From Mobula hypostoma (taxonomy: Eukaryota): a stretch of DNA of 64,000 nucleotides. The notes under the pieces were generated by a model. That model did not search any database. It worked only from the letters and a program-made list of their open reading frames with translations, and had not been told where the DNA came from. The position numbers and the translations under genes are program-made. The stretch covers positions 140,058,001-140,122,000 of the forward strand of contig NC_086104.1 of NCBI RefSeq assembly GCF_963921235.1, in the 5' to 3' direction. Positions 1 through 12,138 of the stretch are shown piece by piece (within the stretch, counting starts at the first letter, position 1; each line of letters opens with the position of its first letter).

Positions 1-27
1 ACCATGCCATCATCTTGATGTAATACT

Positions 28-250
28 CACAAAATGCTGGAGGAACTCAGGAAATCAGGCAGCATCTATGGGAGAGTCGGGGGGGGGGGGAAGAAAGAAG
101 GGAACAGTTGACGTTTCGGGCCAAGACCCTTCATCAGGACCTGACCAAAATAACTTAATCTGTCCTAAAGAGGGGTCTCGGCCCAAAATATCAACTGTTT
201 ATTCCCCTCCGTAGATGCTGCCTGACTTTGAGTTCCTCCAACATTTTGTG
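28..250. mobile_element. Fold-back (inverted-repeat) Penelope terminal-repeat derivative
   Basis: cacaaaatgctggaggaactca...tgagttcctccaacattttgtg. Both arms match the terminus of the GIY-YIG-bearing copy at 35465-36202. Confidence 0.8.
106..140 (-). ncRNA. Minimal type I hammerhead ribozyme motif (Penelope-type)
   Basis: Minus strand reads GUC-CUGAUGA-A-GGGU(CUUG)GCCC-GAAA-CGUC-AACU. Core is intact; helix I has a C-A mismatch. Confidence 0.65.
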
Positions 251-536
251 TGCGTTGCTTCCTGTTTCACTAAACAGGGAGTGAGAGTCAAAAAAAATAA
301 AAGCAGAAAACCCTGAATTCGGGCAACACCTGTAGAAAAGCAAATTAGTATTTCAGATTAAAGACCATTTTGCTCGACAATCAAAGGGAGACAGGAGGTT
401 GTATGATAAAAGCTCCAGAAAACATGTCACACCAGCCCAGGAAATCCAGGGGTTAGCACAGTTGAGGGTGGATTCCTGCTCAGCCAGCACATGTGCCGAA
501 TTACAGCCTTAACTTTGCATGAAGCTGCACCATTAC

Positions 537-697
537 CTTGTGGTTGTAGAAGTGACCATTGATGGAGAAGCGGTGGCGTCTGATTCGCCGCTGGTCGCTT
601 GGCGACCGTAACTTGTCTCTGCGAAGAACTCCAGCGTCGCTCTTTGTCCGCATTAGCTGTGAGCTGCCCGGGTCAGTGGAGCCAGCATCCTGTGCCT
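537..697 (-). CDS. RASSF2: RASSF2-like coding exon 5 (AQDAG...[41 protein letters not shown]); gene continues beyond left edge
   Basis: 161 nt with ttcctccag acceptor and GTAATG donor. Carries the RASSF2/4/6 signature [18 protein letters not shown]. The RA and SARAH domain exons are not in the window. Confidence 0.97.
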
Positions 698-884
698 CTG
701 GAGGAACAACAGAGCAGGCCACAATGTCACTGTCTAATCACCGACTGTGCCAACTTCCTTATCCAAGGAGGATTTGAAGCCATCCACCCACACCTCCAAT
801 GGCCACTGTACATGTGCAAGCCCGACCTAGGCTACCATCGGTAGAAACCCATGCTTGCTCCCCACTGCTTGTGTATTGGAACTC

Positions 885-1200
885 TTGATCATAGAGAGTA
901 AAACTGCTGCCTCACGCCTCCAATGATTTGGGTTCAAGCTTGACCTCCACTGTTGTCTATGTTGACTTCCATATTCTTCTCACCATACAAGTTTTCCTCA
1001 GGTGCTCCAATTTCCAGCCGACATCCCAAAGACAAGAAGATTAATTGGCCCCATAGTATGGGTGAGTGGTAGAATTCAGGGAAAATTGATGGGAATGTTG
1101 GGAGAATAAAAATAGGATAGGGTAAGATTAGCGTAAATGGGTGCCAGATGATCAGTACAACTTTGGTGGGTTGCTGGCCTTTTTTTCTATGCTGTACGAC
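885..1200 (+). mobile_element. tRNA-derived V-SINE (HE1-like), decayed
   Basis: ctgctgcctcac...gggttcaa head, V-domain-like core and CR1-like tail. Related copies at ~49555-49870 and ~50690-51060. Confidence 0.6.
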
Positions 1201-2326
1201 TTTGGCTAACGAATGGGCTATTCCTCCATGGATGGCATTCCTCTGAACAGGTGCCCTTTCCAAAAGGAGTGTAAATTCCCCTCTTCCCTACACACCAGCA
1301 GCAGTAGCCAAGTAAGCACTTCAGGGATCAGTTCAAATTTAACCACAGTAGCTAGGCTACTTAAAATGTTAGTGAGATAAATCAGGACTCAAAAGTTAGG
1401 ATTGGTGAACTATAGGATTAAAGCCCAACTAGTTCACTGGCATCATTCAGGGGGAGGAAGGCAACCTTCTAGCCCACTTATGCCACCAGACCATGGCAAA
1501 GTCATTGACTCTCATCTGTCCCCTGAAATGATCCCTGTTCAAGCAGGACCAATAGTTAATTTGCCAGTGAAGTGACACCGTTCACAAATTAACAAGATCC
1601 TTTTAAAGACTGTCTCAGCATTTGCTGCCCTTTATGACCACTGGACAAAGTTAAGCCTCCTCTCAGCAGTGCCAGCTGACCACAGCCGCATAAGATACCA
1701 CAGAAAGCCCTGCTCATGCCCTAGTGCTTCTGAGACAGATGTCAGCTCTGGTCTGAACTCAGATCACCCTCTCATCAACAAAGTTCGGACCTGCAGTTGG
1801 ATTTGACAAAGGCACAGGGCCAGGATATCCAATCCCAGTTCGTAGGACTTTGGAGATAATTGGATTCCTAGCTGTTGTCCAAGTCCACTCAGTTTTGGTT
1901 TTCATAACCAGTGACCCAGTCACACTCAAGTCAAGGAGACCTTCGTAAATTCAGGGACGTCTTGGTCAAGGTGACAGGACGTTGAGAGCATGGATACATT
2001 TCATAACACATGGCATCTTGCCCACAGAGCAATGATATAAAATGGCAGGTATGGTTCAAGGCAGGGATTTAAAGCTGATCTGGACCATGGCAACTGTTCT
2101 ATCATTGACAGAGCAGATCTATCAAATAAAACCAAATAAAAAATGAAAGCTCCGTTCTCTTGCAGAGTTTGTTATTTTGTTTTGTCAGTTAATGAGGCAA
2201 TGCTACTAGCAAAGTTGGGAACAAGATGCAAATTAGCTGTGATGCCCAAGGGCAGGCACAGGAGGGCTCCTGCTCCAAACATTAAGGTAACCCCGTACAT
2301 CCATTATGTGTTGAGAGTAACCTTAC

Positions 2327-2421
2327 TAGTGTTACTGGGAGCAGCTGAAGCACTGGTCTCAGACGGACTCTCTGACTCTTCCACCTTGATGTCTGGCAGC
2401 ACCCACGTCAGTTTAGACGGC
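2327..2421 (-). CDS. RASSF2: RASSF2-like coding exon 4 (variable linker PSKLTWVLPDIKVEESESPSETSASAAPSNT)
   Basis: 95 nt open in frame, with polypyrimidine cttcctcttcctcag acceptor and GTAAGG donor. Phase 2 in and phase 1 out bridge exons 3 and 5 exactly. Confidence 0.85.
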
Positions 2422-2469
2422 CTGAGGAAGAGGAAGTCATTGGAAAGCAACAATGAAGACACCAGTTAA

Positions 2470-2975
2470 ACAAACATAGAACAGTGCAGCACAGGGCAGG
2501 CCCTTCAGCCCACAATTCCTGTGACAAATACTATACTAAATTAAACTAAAACTCTTCTGCATGATTAATATCTCTCCATTCCCTGCTTGCTCATGTCTAT
2601 CTAAAAGCCTCTACTACTCTCTATAGCAAAACATCCCAGGGACCCACCAGTGTGTCAGAAAAAAAAAATCAAAACCTACCCTAAACATCTTTAAAGTTTC
2701 CCCCACCCCTTGCAGTAAATGCACATCCTCTGGTATTTGATATTTCCAACCTAGGAAAAGGATTTTGACTGTCTACCCAATTTATGACTCAATTTAAAAA
2801 TCTTTTATCAGGTCTCCCCTCAGTCTTTGATGCTTCAGAGGAAACTAACCCAAGTTTGTTCAACCTTTCCATTTAGCTTATACCCTCTAATCCAGGCAGC
2901 ATCTTGGTAATCTTCTTCTGCACTCTCTCCAAAGCGTCCTGCAATAGGACAACCAGAACTGCAAACTAAACAGTT
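2470..2975 (-). mobile_element. Old CR1 LINE 3' fragment
   Basis: Similar to the CR1 3' ends at 44640-45410 (aacatagaacagt...ggcccttcagcccacaa). Confidence 0.6.
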
Positions 2976-3098
2976 AACCAGGACATTTAATCCAGAAATG
3001 GATTCCATCATGATAACCATATGTTATCCCAACAAGCCCACCACCCCCATTTCCAGTTGCTGCCCTCTCAGGCCAAGGAGGGATGGCCAGCCCCTTAC

Positions 3099-3250
3099 CT
3101 CTGTGCTTCCACACTGCATCCAGAGTGCCAGGAGGTTGATGAGGGAGGCGGCCGGATACGCTCGTTGTCATCCTGCATCTGTAACCGGATTGGTCGCCGC
3201 AGCCCCCAGGAGATGTTCAGGAGACCTTCGATGATCAGCTCCTCCTCCTC
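3099..3250 (-). CDS. RASSF2: RASSF2-like coding exon 3 ([50 protein letters not shown])
   Basis: 152 nt with ctgcag acceptor and GTAAGG donor. Nearly identical to the RASSF2 segment [38 protein letters not shown]. Confidence 0.97.
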
Positions 3251-5699
3251 CTGCAGTGGAAGAGCACGTATTCTCAACCAGTGAGGAGGGAGATTCGGGA
3301 GATACACAGCGCACGCTCAGCGAAAGTGGGAGGGAGCAAATACAAGTCAAAGCAGGAGTGCTCCCTTCAGCCACTTCCACCAGCTCCACCACCCAACATG
3401 TTCTCAGCTGATCCTTCACTTGAATAACATCGCCCTGCACCAACACACTTCCATTGAGTCATTCAAGATCAGAAGCTATCAAACCATCTAGAAGACACTC
3501 AGCAGCTGAGTTTGCATGACCCTGGGCAGAGAATTCCAAATAGCTACTTCCCCGGTGAAGAAATTTCTCCTCCGTTGTAGATGACCGATTCCTGATCCTG
3601 AGGCTGAGAGAAACAGGCCAAGGCAACCCACCCCCATATCAGTCTTGTCAAGCCTCTCTAGAACTTTGCAAGCTCAAGCAAGATCACTTCTCTTTTTCCT
3701 AAACTCAGAGCACAAGTGCAGTTGAAGTGAAAATCTGACTATCTCAGCTAGCAAATTGTGATAGAGGTGTGGGGGTAAGGACACAGATGGGAGGTTGAGG
3801 GGGTGCAGGGAGGTAACTGATACTGGTGCCAGGTAAGCAAGAGGTGGTTGTTGCTCATGGCGGGTGAAGAAGTATGGATTCAAGTTGGGCAAAATTGTCT
3901 GTGCTTGGGACAGCTTGTTCTGCCTTTAACCACATACGATAAAGATTAAAATAGAAACCACCAAACTTACAGCAAAATGTGTCAGAAACAAAGTGAGGAA
4001 CAGGAAGCTTTTTTATTGCTCAGTTTATCAGCTGTCAATGCTCTGTAACCCTTCCTTTGGACCCTTGCTCAATACTGAAGGAGGCCATTCTATCCAAAGG
4101 CATGCCAGCTCAGTGCAAGAGTTAAGCCAGCTCGGTCCACACTTTCGCCACAGTTCTGCAGCCTTTCAAGTGTTGATTTAGCTCTTGAAAGGCAAAATTG
4201 AAATTGCTTTCATGGCCATTGTCCTAACCGTCTCCTCAATTCTAACCATTTACCATGTAAAAAGCTTTTGCAAATCATATTTCTTTGAGATCTGCTGAAA
4301 TCAGTAACAACACACAGGACGCTGAGTTCCTCCAGTGTTTTGTTTTTTATTACAAGGTAGTCATGACTTGTGCAATCAAAGACTAGTTGCAGCTCCCTTG
4401 CTCTTGCCTCTATTCTCAAAGAGCAGGGTGCTTTTATTTTTAAAACTATTTCTATAATCAAGTTACATATACACCCTTCTATCATATTTAGAATTGAACC
4501 CTTTAGTTTCTCCCCTACCCATTCCTCCCACAGAAATACATACCATATTTATATGAACCAAATATCTCCACCTCACCCAACCCCAACTGCCATTCCACCA
4601 GTATGCCAATACAGGTCCTTCCCAGCTTTCAAACACACAACCTATGTACACGTAAACTAGTACTTGGGAGACTAGTGGGATGGATTTGCCAGCTGCCGAG
4701 TGGTGACAGACGTCTTCTGCCATGTGAGAACTCAGTACTTGGCTGCCTTTCCAACTGATAATGAACTGTTATGAACAGATCACATAAACCGAATCCTGTT
4801 GTACCATGAGGAGGACCAGTACTCTGTCCTATATCCATTCACATGCACTGGCAAAGTCCATCCAAAGGTGCTTCTGGACTGAGCAGACAATTAAGATGCA
4901 CCATTGGTGGGTCATGAGCTGTACATGAACCAGGAAGGGTAAGGGCAGCAAATTTCCTTCTCAAAATGAAACAACAATCCAGCAATTACATATTTTAAAA
5001 CAATGCAGGATTTATTCAATTACTGTAACATTTACTGTTACCGTGGTGGGATTTGAACTCCTCTCTGGACCAATAGCCTTCACCCTTCTTTCCAGTAACT
5101 TAACCAAAGCATCAGTTCCCTTAACTATTATTAATTCTTAGAGTTCACTGACAAGTTTTTCAGTGTCTTCAGATTTGAAATTTGAGCTTTGTACATCCAA
5201 GTCATTGACGTAGACAGCAGGAAAAGTCAGTTGTTATAGGAAAACCACTGCACGTCTCTCCGGTCCAAAAACTACAGTTCACCATGCTCCATTTCCCCTC
5301 ACTTATCTATCCACAAGTTAAAATACTGCAGTAAATCAAACACCTTTCAAGAGGCTCACCGCACTTAGCTTGTCAGTTTCTTGCCTCAAAAAAAAAGCAA
5401 CTGGCATTTGTGCAAACTCTAATTACATATCCCACAGCCACAATGAAGCAAAATCAACACCCAGTCACACAAGAAGGTAATCAGGCAATATGACCAAAGC
5501 TTGGCCACTCAAGTCTGTTTTAAGAAGTCCCCGAAGGGTAGGAGGGGAGCAGTACTTCTAGGAGTGATTTCCACTGGATACAGTCCAGAAAATATTCAGG
5601 CATTGGCTGATGAATGATGAGCAACAAACCCAGCCCAGGCATGACCATCTGCGACAAGAGTTAGATCAGGACAGATGACACTGTTGAACCTCACATCAC

Positions 5700-5903
5700 A
5701 GCGCTAAGCAGTATTGCATCCATATTGTACTGTCTCAGTACTTTTATATTTGTGTGCTGTAGCACTTACTTTTTATTCACAGTTATTTTGTAAATAACAC
5801 TATTCTTTGCATTTCTGGTCAGATGCTAACTGCATTTCATTGGCTTTGTATCTGTACTCGGCACAATGATAATAAAGTTGAATCTAATCTAATCTAATCT
5901 AAT
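5700..5903 (+). mobile_element. Retroposon 3' tail ending in AATAAA + (AATCT)n
   Basis: aataaagttg followed by aatct repeats at 5881-5900, a Rex1-type tail. Confidence 0.5.
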
Positions 5904-6432
5904 GACAAAAAAAAGATGCCGAAATCTACAACAAGAGCAGAACAGAACACTGGAAGAACTCAGCAGGTCACATGGCATCTGTAGAGGCAAAAGGTGCAGG
6001 CTGTTGAGACCTTGCAACAGTATAGAAGCAACTGGAGAGATTGCCAGAACACAGCAGAATGTAGGGAGGTGGGACGAAGTCTGGAAGGTAATCAGTGGAG
6101 CTACATAGGGCAAGGATGATGGGCAGAAGGAACTAAGTGGGGGGGTGGGGAAGAGTGAATAAAGGAAGCAGTAGTTTAAGCGGGCAGGGGAAATTAATAT
6201 GTGCAGAAGAACACCGGGGTTTAAATCAGATACCCTTAACATTCGATGTCATAATTACATCTACAGCGTTCTCACCTAAATCTTGGTAGTCACCATTACT
6301 AGAAACATATCTAGACAAGGATGAATACTCTGGCCACAGGCGGTGAGTAGCTGGGTATGCTTTGACATGTGACTGGTCTTCTGACATTGCAAGGCCCTTC
6401 ATTATCTACTTTGTACAAAAGTACTTGTTTAG

Positions 6433-7602
6433 AACACGACACCATCCTCATTCACCTGGAGAAGAAGGATGCTTATGTTAGAATGCTGTTCTTGGACTAC
6501 AGATCAGCATTCAACACCATAATTCCGCCCAGGCTCGACAAGAAGCTCAGAGATCTTGGCCTGTACCCCGCCTTGTGCAGCTATAATCGGGACTTCCTTG
6601 TCAGATCACCAGCAGGTGGTAAGGATGGGCACCCTCACCTCTGCCCCTCAACATAGGAGCCCCATAGGGCTGTGTCCTGAGCCCCCTGCTCTACTCACCT
6701 ACCCATGATGTGTTGCCACACACAGCTCCAATCTGCTGATCAAATTTGCAGATGATGCAACATTGCTAGGCCTCATTTCCAACAATGATGAGACAGCCAC
6801 AGAGAAGTCAATGCCCTGACAGCGGTGCCAAGAAAACAACCTCTCTCTCAATGTCAAGAAAACAAAGGAGTTGATCGTGGATTACAGGAGGAACGGAGAC
6901 AGGCTAGCCCCTATTGACATCAATGGGTCTGTAGTTGAGAGGGTGAGTAGTTTCAAGTTCCTCGGTATATACATCACCAAGGATCTCACCTGGACTCTAC
7001 ATACCAGCTGTGTGGTGAAAAAAGCACAACAGAGCCTCTTTCACCTCAGATGACTGAGGAAGTTTCGCACGAGTCCCCATATCCTCAGGACTTTCTACAG
7101 CGGCACCATCGAGCGCATCCTGACTGGCTGTGCCTGGCACGGGAACCATACTACCCTCAATCACAGGGCACTGCAGAGAGTGGTGCAGACAACCCAGTGC
7201 ATCTGTGGATGTGAACTGTCCTCTGATTAGGACGTTTACAGCGGGTACTCAAAAAAGGCTCAGAGGGACTCTGGCCATCCCAACCACAAACCATTTCAGC
7301 TGCTTCAGTCTAGCAAACGGTACCGTAGCATTAAGGCCAGGACCAACAAGCTCCAGAACAGCTTCATTCACCAGATCATCAGACTTATCAATACATATTG
7401 ATCTGATTGCATATCTGACTGTACATTGTATCTGACTGTACATAAATGTATACAAAACAGTTATGTATAAAATCTTAGTGTTTGGGCAATATCCTCCCAC
7501 ACTTCCCTTCCTTATCGCTTATACATTGCGATTGAAATGCAACAAAGATTTTTACTCCCTCATGTTGTGGGATGGATGCAGGACAAAAAATTCTAATTCT
7601 GA
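6433..7602 (+). mobile_element. Rex1/Babar non-LTR retrotransposon, 5'-truncated, decayed RT
   Basis: [41 protein letters not shown]; (attct)-type tail. Confidence 0.85.
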
Positions 7603-7932
7603 TGAAATCCCCTCCACTGGCGTGGACGAATGCAGTTTCAATCTCTCAAACTGCTCAACTCCATCAAGGACAATGCAGCACATTTTGCTTGCACCCTATC
7701 CACTACTTCTGGTATTTAGTACCTCCATCCCAGCGCACCATTTACAAAACACACTGCAATTATTTGTCCGGCTACTCCTTCAGCATCCCACAAAGCCATG
7801 ACCTCTGCTACAAAGAACATAAAGTGGATCACCACCACCACCTGCAGGTTCCCCAGGTTGCACACAGTCACAAATGGAAGGAAAGTACTATTCCAGCATT
7901 GCCAAGTCTGACAACATCAGAACAAGGGGGCT

Positions 7933-10900
7933 GCTAAAGCCAGGGGGGTCTCTATTCTTATCAATCCAAATGTTCCTTTTGAGCTTCACAATCAAGTATC
8001 TGATACAAATGGTCGTTTTATTATTGCCTCTGGGAAATTGTAGAAGACTAGGGTAGTCTTGGCTAACCTGTACACTCCCAATTCGGATGATGTGGAGTAT
8101 TTTGATCATTTTTTCTCTTTATTGCCTGACCTCAGCTCATTTTCTCTTATATTGGGTGGTGATTTTAATTGTTGGATAGATCCAGTTATGGATCGATCAT
8201 CCTCTGTTCCTACACTACCAAGTAAATCTGCTTTATCAATTCAGTCTTTCCTTTCTAATTATGGTATTTCTGATGTTTGGCATTTTCTCCATCTAACTGA
8301 GAGAGATTACTCTTTTTTTCCCCCACATGTCCACCATACTTTTACTAGAATTGATTATTTTTTTAAATTGATAACCTGATAATTCTATCTGTTCGCTCTT
8401 CTGATTATCAGAGTATATTGATTTCAGATCATGCCCCATTTACCCTGTCTTTATTTCTTCCTGGTCTCCCCCAAATGAATAAACACTGGCATTTTAATCC
8501 GACCCTGTTGTTGGATAAAGATTTTGTAAAACTTATGAAGGGCCAGATAATGTTTATTTTTAGATATTAACATGCCATCTGAAACCTCAATTCAGGTTGT
8601 CTGGGATGCCATGAAAGCATATCAAGTAATATCATAGCCTGTGAATTTGAAAAGAAAGACCTCTATAGAGCGATTAGATCTGGTCAATAAAATTAAAGTA
8701 ACAGACCAACTATATGCCCAAACCAAAAATCCAGAACTGTACAAGAAGCAAGTGGAACTTCAAACTAAATTTGACCTTATTTCCACTCATCCAATTGAAC
8801 GCCAACTTCTCGAAAGTAAGAGCCAGTTTTACATTCCTGGAGGTAAATCTGGTAAATTTTTAGTCAATCAATTAAGACACTCTAAAGATAAACAACAAAT
8901 TACTAAAATTCGAATGGGAAATGGGAACATTACCTTGAATCATTCTGAAATTAGTGATACATTCAAGAATTATTATTCTCGACTCTATTCCTCTGAACCT
9001 TTAAATGATGGTATTTCTGTTGAACATTTCTTAAATAGTTTAAATACGCCTTCGCTTTCTCCTGATCTCAAAGCACAACTCAATGAACCATTATCATTAG
9101 AGGAATTATCTTTAGCCATTTCCACACTGCAGCCTGGTAAATCTCCTGGACCTGATGGGTTTTCTGCAGAATTCTATAAGTCATTTTCCTCACTGCTTTT
9201 GCCTCAATTAACCTTAGTTTTATCTGATTCATTTAAGCATGGTCAATTGACAGCATCATTTAATGAGGCAAGTATTCTTTTAGCGAAAGAAGGCAAAGAC
9301 CCAAGTGTTCCTCATATAGGCCGATTTCGCTGTTAAATGTCGATGTTAAAATTTTGGCTAAAGTTTTGGCTCGTAGATTGGAGAACATTGTACCTTCAAT
9401 TATTTCCGAGAATCAAACTGGTTGTATTAAAAATCGCCTCCCTTTTTTTAATACATGGTGTCTATTTAATATCTTGTATTCACCTCCAAATGGGACTCCT
9501 GAATGGGTCATCCCTCTCGATGCGGAGAAAGCGTTTGATCGTGTGGAGTGGAATTATCTTTTTGTGGTTTTAGAAAAATTTGACTTTGGATAAAGTTTTA
9601 TTACATGGATTAAATTGTTATATTCATGTCCCACTGCTTCCGTTTTGACTAACTCTCAGCAATCCCAAACTTTTAACCTTATACGTGGCACCTGGCAAGG
9701 GTGTCCTTTAAGTCTCTTACTTTTGGATTTGGCCATAGAGCCACTGGCGATTGTGTTTGTAGCTGTGTTGAATTGATGGGGATTTGGAGGGGAGGTGTTG
9801 AGCATAAACTTTCTCTTTATGCCGATGACCTTTTACTTTTTATATCAAATCCGACTACCTCTTTACCCCCAATGTTTTCACTTCTTAATAAATTCAGTCA
9901 GATTTCCAGATATAAACTTAATTTACACAAGAGCGAACTCTTCCCAATTAATAGAGAAGCACAAATACTAGAATTTCATAATTTCCCTTTTAAAGTAGTA
10001 CATAATCAATTCACCTACCTCGGTATTACTGTAACAAGGAATTTTAAGCACCTTTTTCGAGAAAATTTTACTAATCTTTTAAATCATACAAAACAGAGTT
10101 TGACACATTGGTCACCCTTGTCCATGTCTCTGGTAGGTCGAGTTAATGTTAAAATGTGTATCCTTCCTAAATTTTTATACTTATTCCAATCTTCACCAAA
10201 CTTTATTTCTGAAGCTTTTTTTGATTCGTGACACTCTATTATAGAAGGGTAAATGTCCCAGACTTAACAAAGTTCGCCTTCAAAAACCTAAAAGGGATGG
10301 TGGTATGGCCTTGCCCAATTTTCATTTTTATTACTGGGCAGTCAATATACATTGCCTTATTTTTTGGTCTTTCTTTCATAATCAGTCTGACTGCCCAAAA
10401 TGGGTGGCAATGGAGTTGAACTCTCATAAGGATTTCTCTATTTCCGCACTTCTTGAATATGCACTTCCTTGTCATTTGCCCAAACTAAATGTTAATCCTC
10501 TCATTAGACAAACTCTGAGAATATGGGCTCAGTTCAGAAAATATTATGGTCTTCATGGTTTCTCCCTTTCTAGTCCTATCTTTCATAATCATCTTTTCCG
10601 ACCTTCTGTGCGAGATTTAACATTTCATGTTTGGTACAGAAAGGGTACCAGGGGTTTTGAGGATCTTTTCATAGATAACTGTTTTGTGACCTTCGAATAA
10701 CTGTCTGCAAAGTTTAACCTACCGAATACTCATTTCTTTAGATACCTTCAAATTAGACATTTTATTAACCTTTTAATACCAAACTTTCTTGAGATCCCCG
10801 TAAAAAATGTTGTGGACTTTTTCTCCGTATAAACCCATTGGGTAAAAGTTTAATATCTACTATTCGTGATAAGTTAGCGACCTTGAGGCCTTGAGGCCTT

Positions 10901-11853
10901 TGTTAAAATTAGAACTGCCTGGGAGCATGATTTAAATATTTCTCTGTCTGATGAGGTTTGGGATTCAATTCTTAAGTCAGTTAACTCAACCTCTTTATGT
11001 GCTCACCACTGCCTTTTGCAGTTCAAGGTTGTATATAGGGCTCATATATCTAAAAATACATTATCGTGGTTCTATCCTGATATCAGTCCCTTATGTGACA
11101 AGTGTAAAGTGTAAAGCTTCTCTTATTCGTATGTCTTAGTTTGTCCTAGGCTTGTCCTAGTTTGGAGAAATTTTGGAGAGATTTTTTTTTTAAACTTTAT
11201 CCATATCCTTAATTGTCATTTAGAACCTAACCCTTTGATTGCTCTTTTTGGAATTTTGGGTGAAGTTGACATGCGTTTAAGTCCGACCAAACATCGAACA
11301 TTGTCTTTTGCCTCTCTTTTGGCTTGACGTTTAGTTCTTCTTCTCATGCTCAATGGCTTAGAGATATTATGTCCTGCTTAGACCTTGAAAAGATTCATCA
11401 TTCACTTCTTAATTCGGACATAAAGTTCCATAAGGTGTGGGGACATTTTCTTGAATATTTCCATAACTCCTCTTTAGTTTAAAGTTTTATCTTCCTTTTT
11501 CTTTCAGTACTTTAATCCCATACATCCAGCTTTTTTTTTCGGGTAACTTTTACGGTTTTTTTATGATGTGAAATAAATTATAGTTTTGGTAGTAGGCAAT
11601 ACCTTTTTTTATATTCACAGCTCTGTGGTGGCAAAAGCTCTGATTAACTTTTCTTTATATTGTAATGGTTGGCTTGGAGTTGTGTAGTGGGCGGGTGGGG
11701 AGGAAACTAAATTTATATGATCTTATTTTGGGTGCTTTTTCTTTACTGTTATGAATTGTACACCAGATACGTTGGTTTCGCACTCTATAAATCTCCTTTT
11801 TGTTGGTGGTTTTTTGTAATGTAGAAACTTATTAAAAAAATTAGTTAAAAAAA
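7933..11853 (+). mobile_element. L1-clade LINE ORF2 (APE endonuclease + RT), frameshifted, poly(A) tail
   Basis: ILGGDFN, RIDY, GKSPGPDGFSAEFYK, LDAEKAFDRVEW, LYADDLLL. 14-bp TSD AGAACAAGGGGGCT at 7919-7932 and 11854-11867. Confidence 0.93.
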
Positions 11854-12062
11854 AGAACAAGGGGGCTATCTCTGCCAGAAGAACTCAAGGCATCTACTAA
11901 CCATAATCTTCAAGAGAAATTGGGGATAGGAAATAATGCCTTATCGGTAACCCCAGGACCACAGAAAATGAATAAATAAAAGTTATAGCAAGTGTGTATC
12001 TGCAGATTATCTGCCATTCTTCACTGAAAGCAGTTGAGCCATTCTGCTGTAGGATAGCTTAC

Positions 12063-12138
12063 CTCCCTGTGTCGGAGCTGTGCCGTCTGCCCTTCATAGT
12101 AGTAGTTGTAGGTCTTCAAGTGCCCCAGGAGCTCCTTC
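12063..12138 (-). CDS. RASSF2: RASSF2-like coding exon 2 (KELLGHLKTYNYYYEGQTAQLRHRE)
   Basis: 76 nt with tttctag acceptor and GTAAGC donor. Resembles the RASSF2 motif ELLLHLKTYNLYYEGQNLQLRHRE. Not in the ORF track. Confidence 0.95.
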
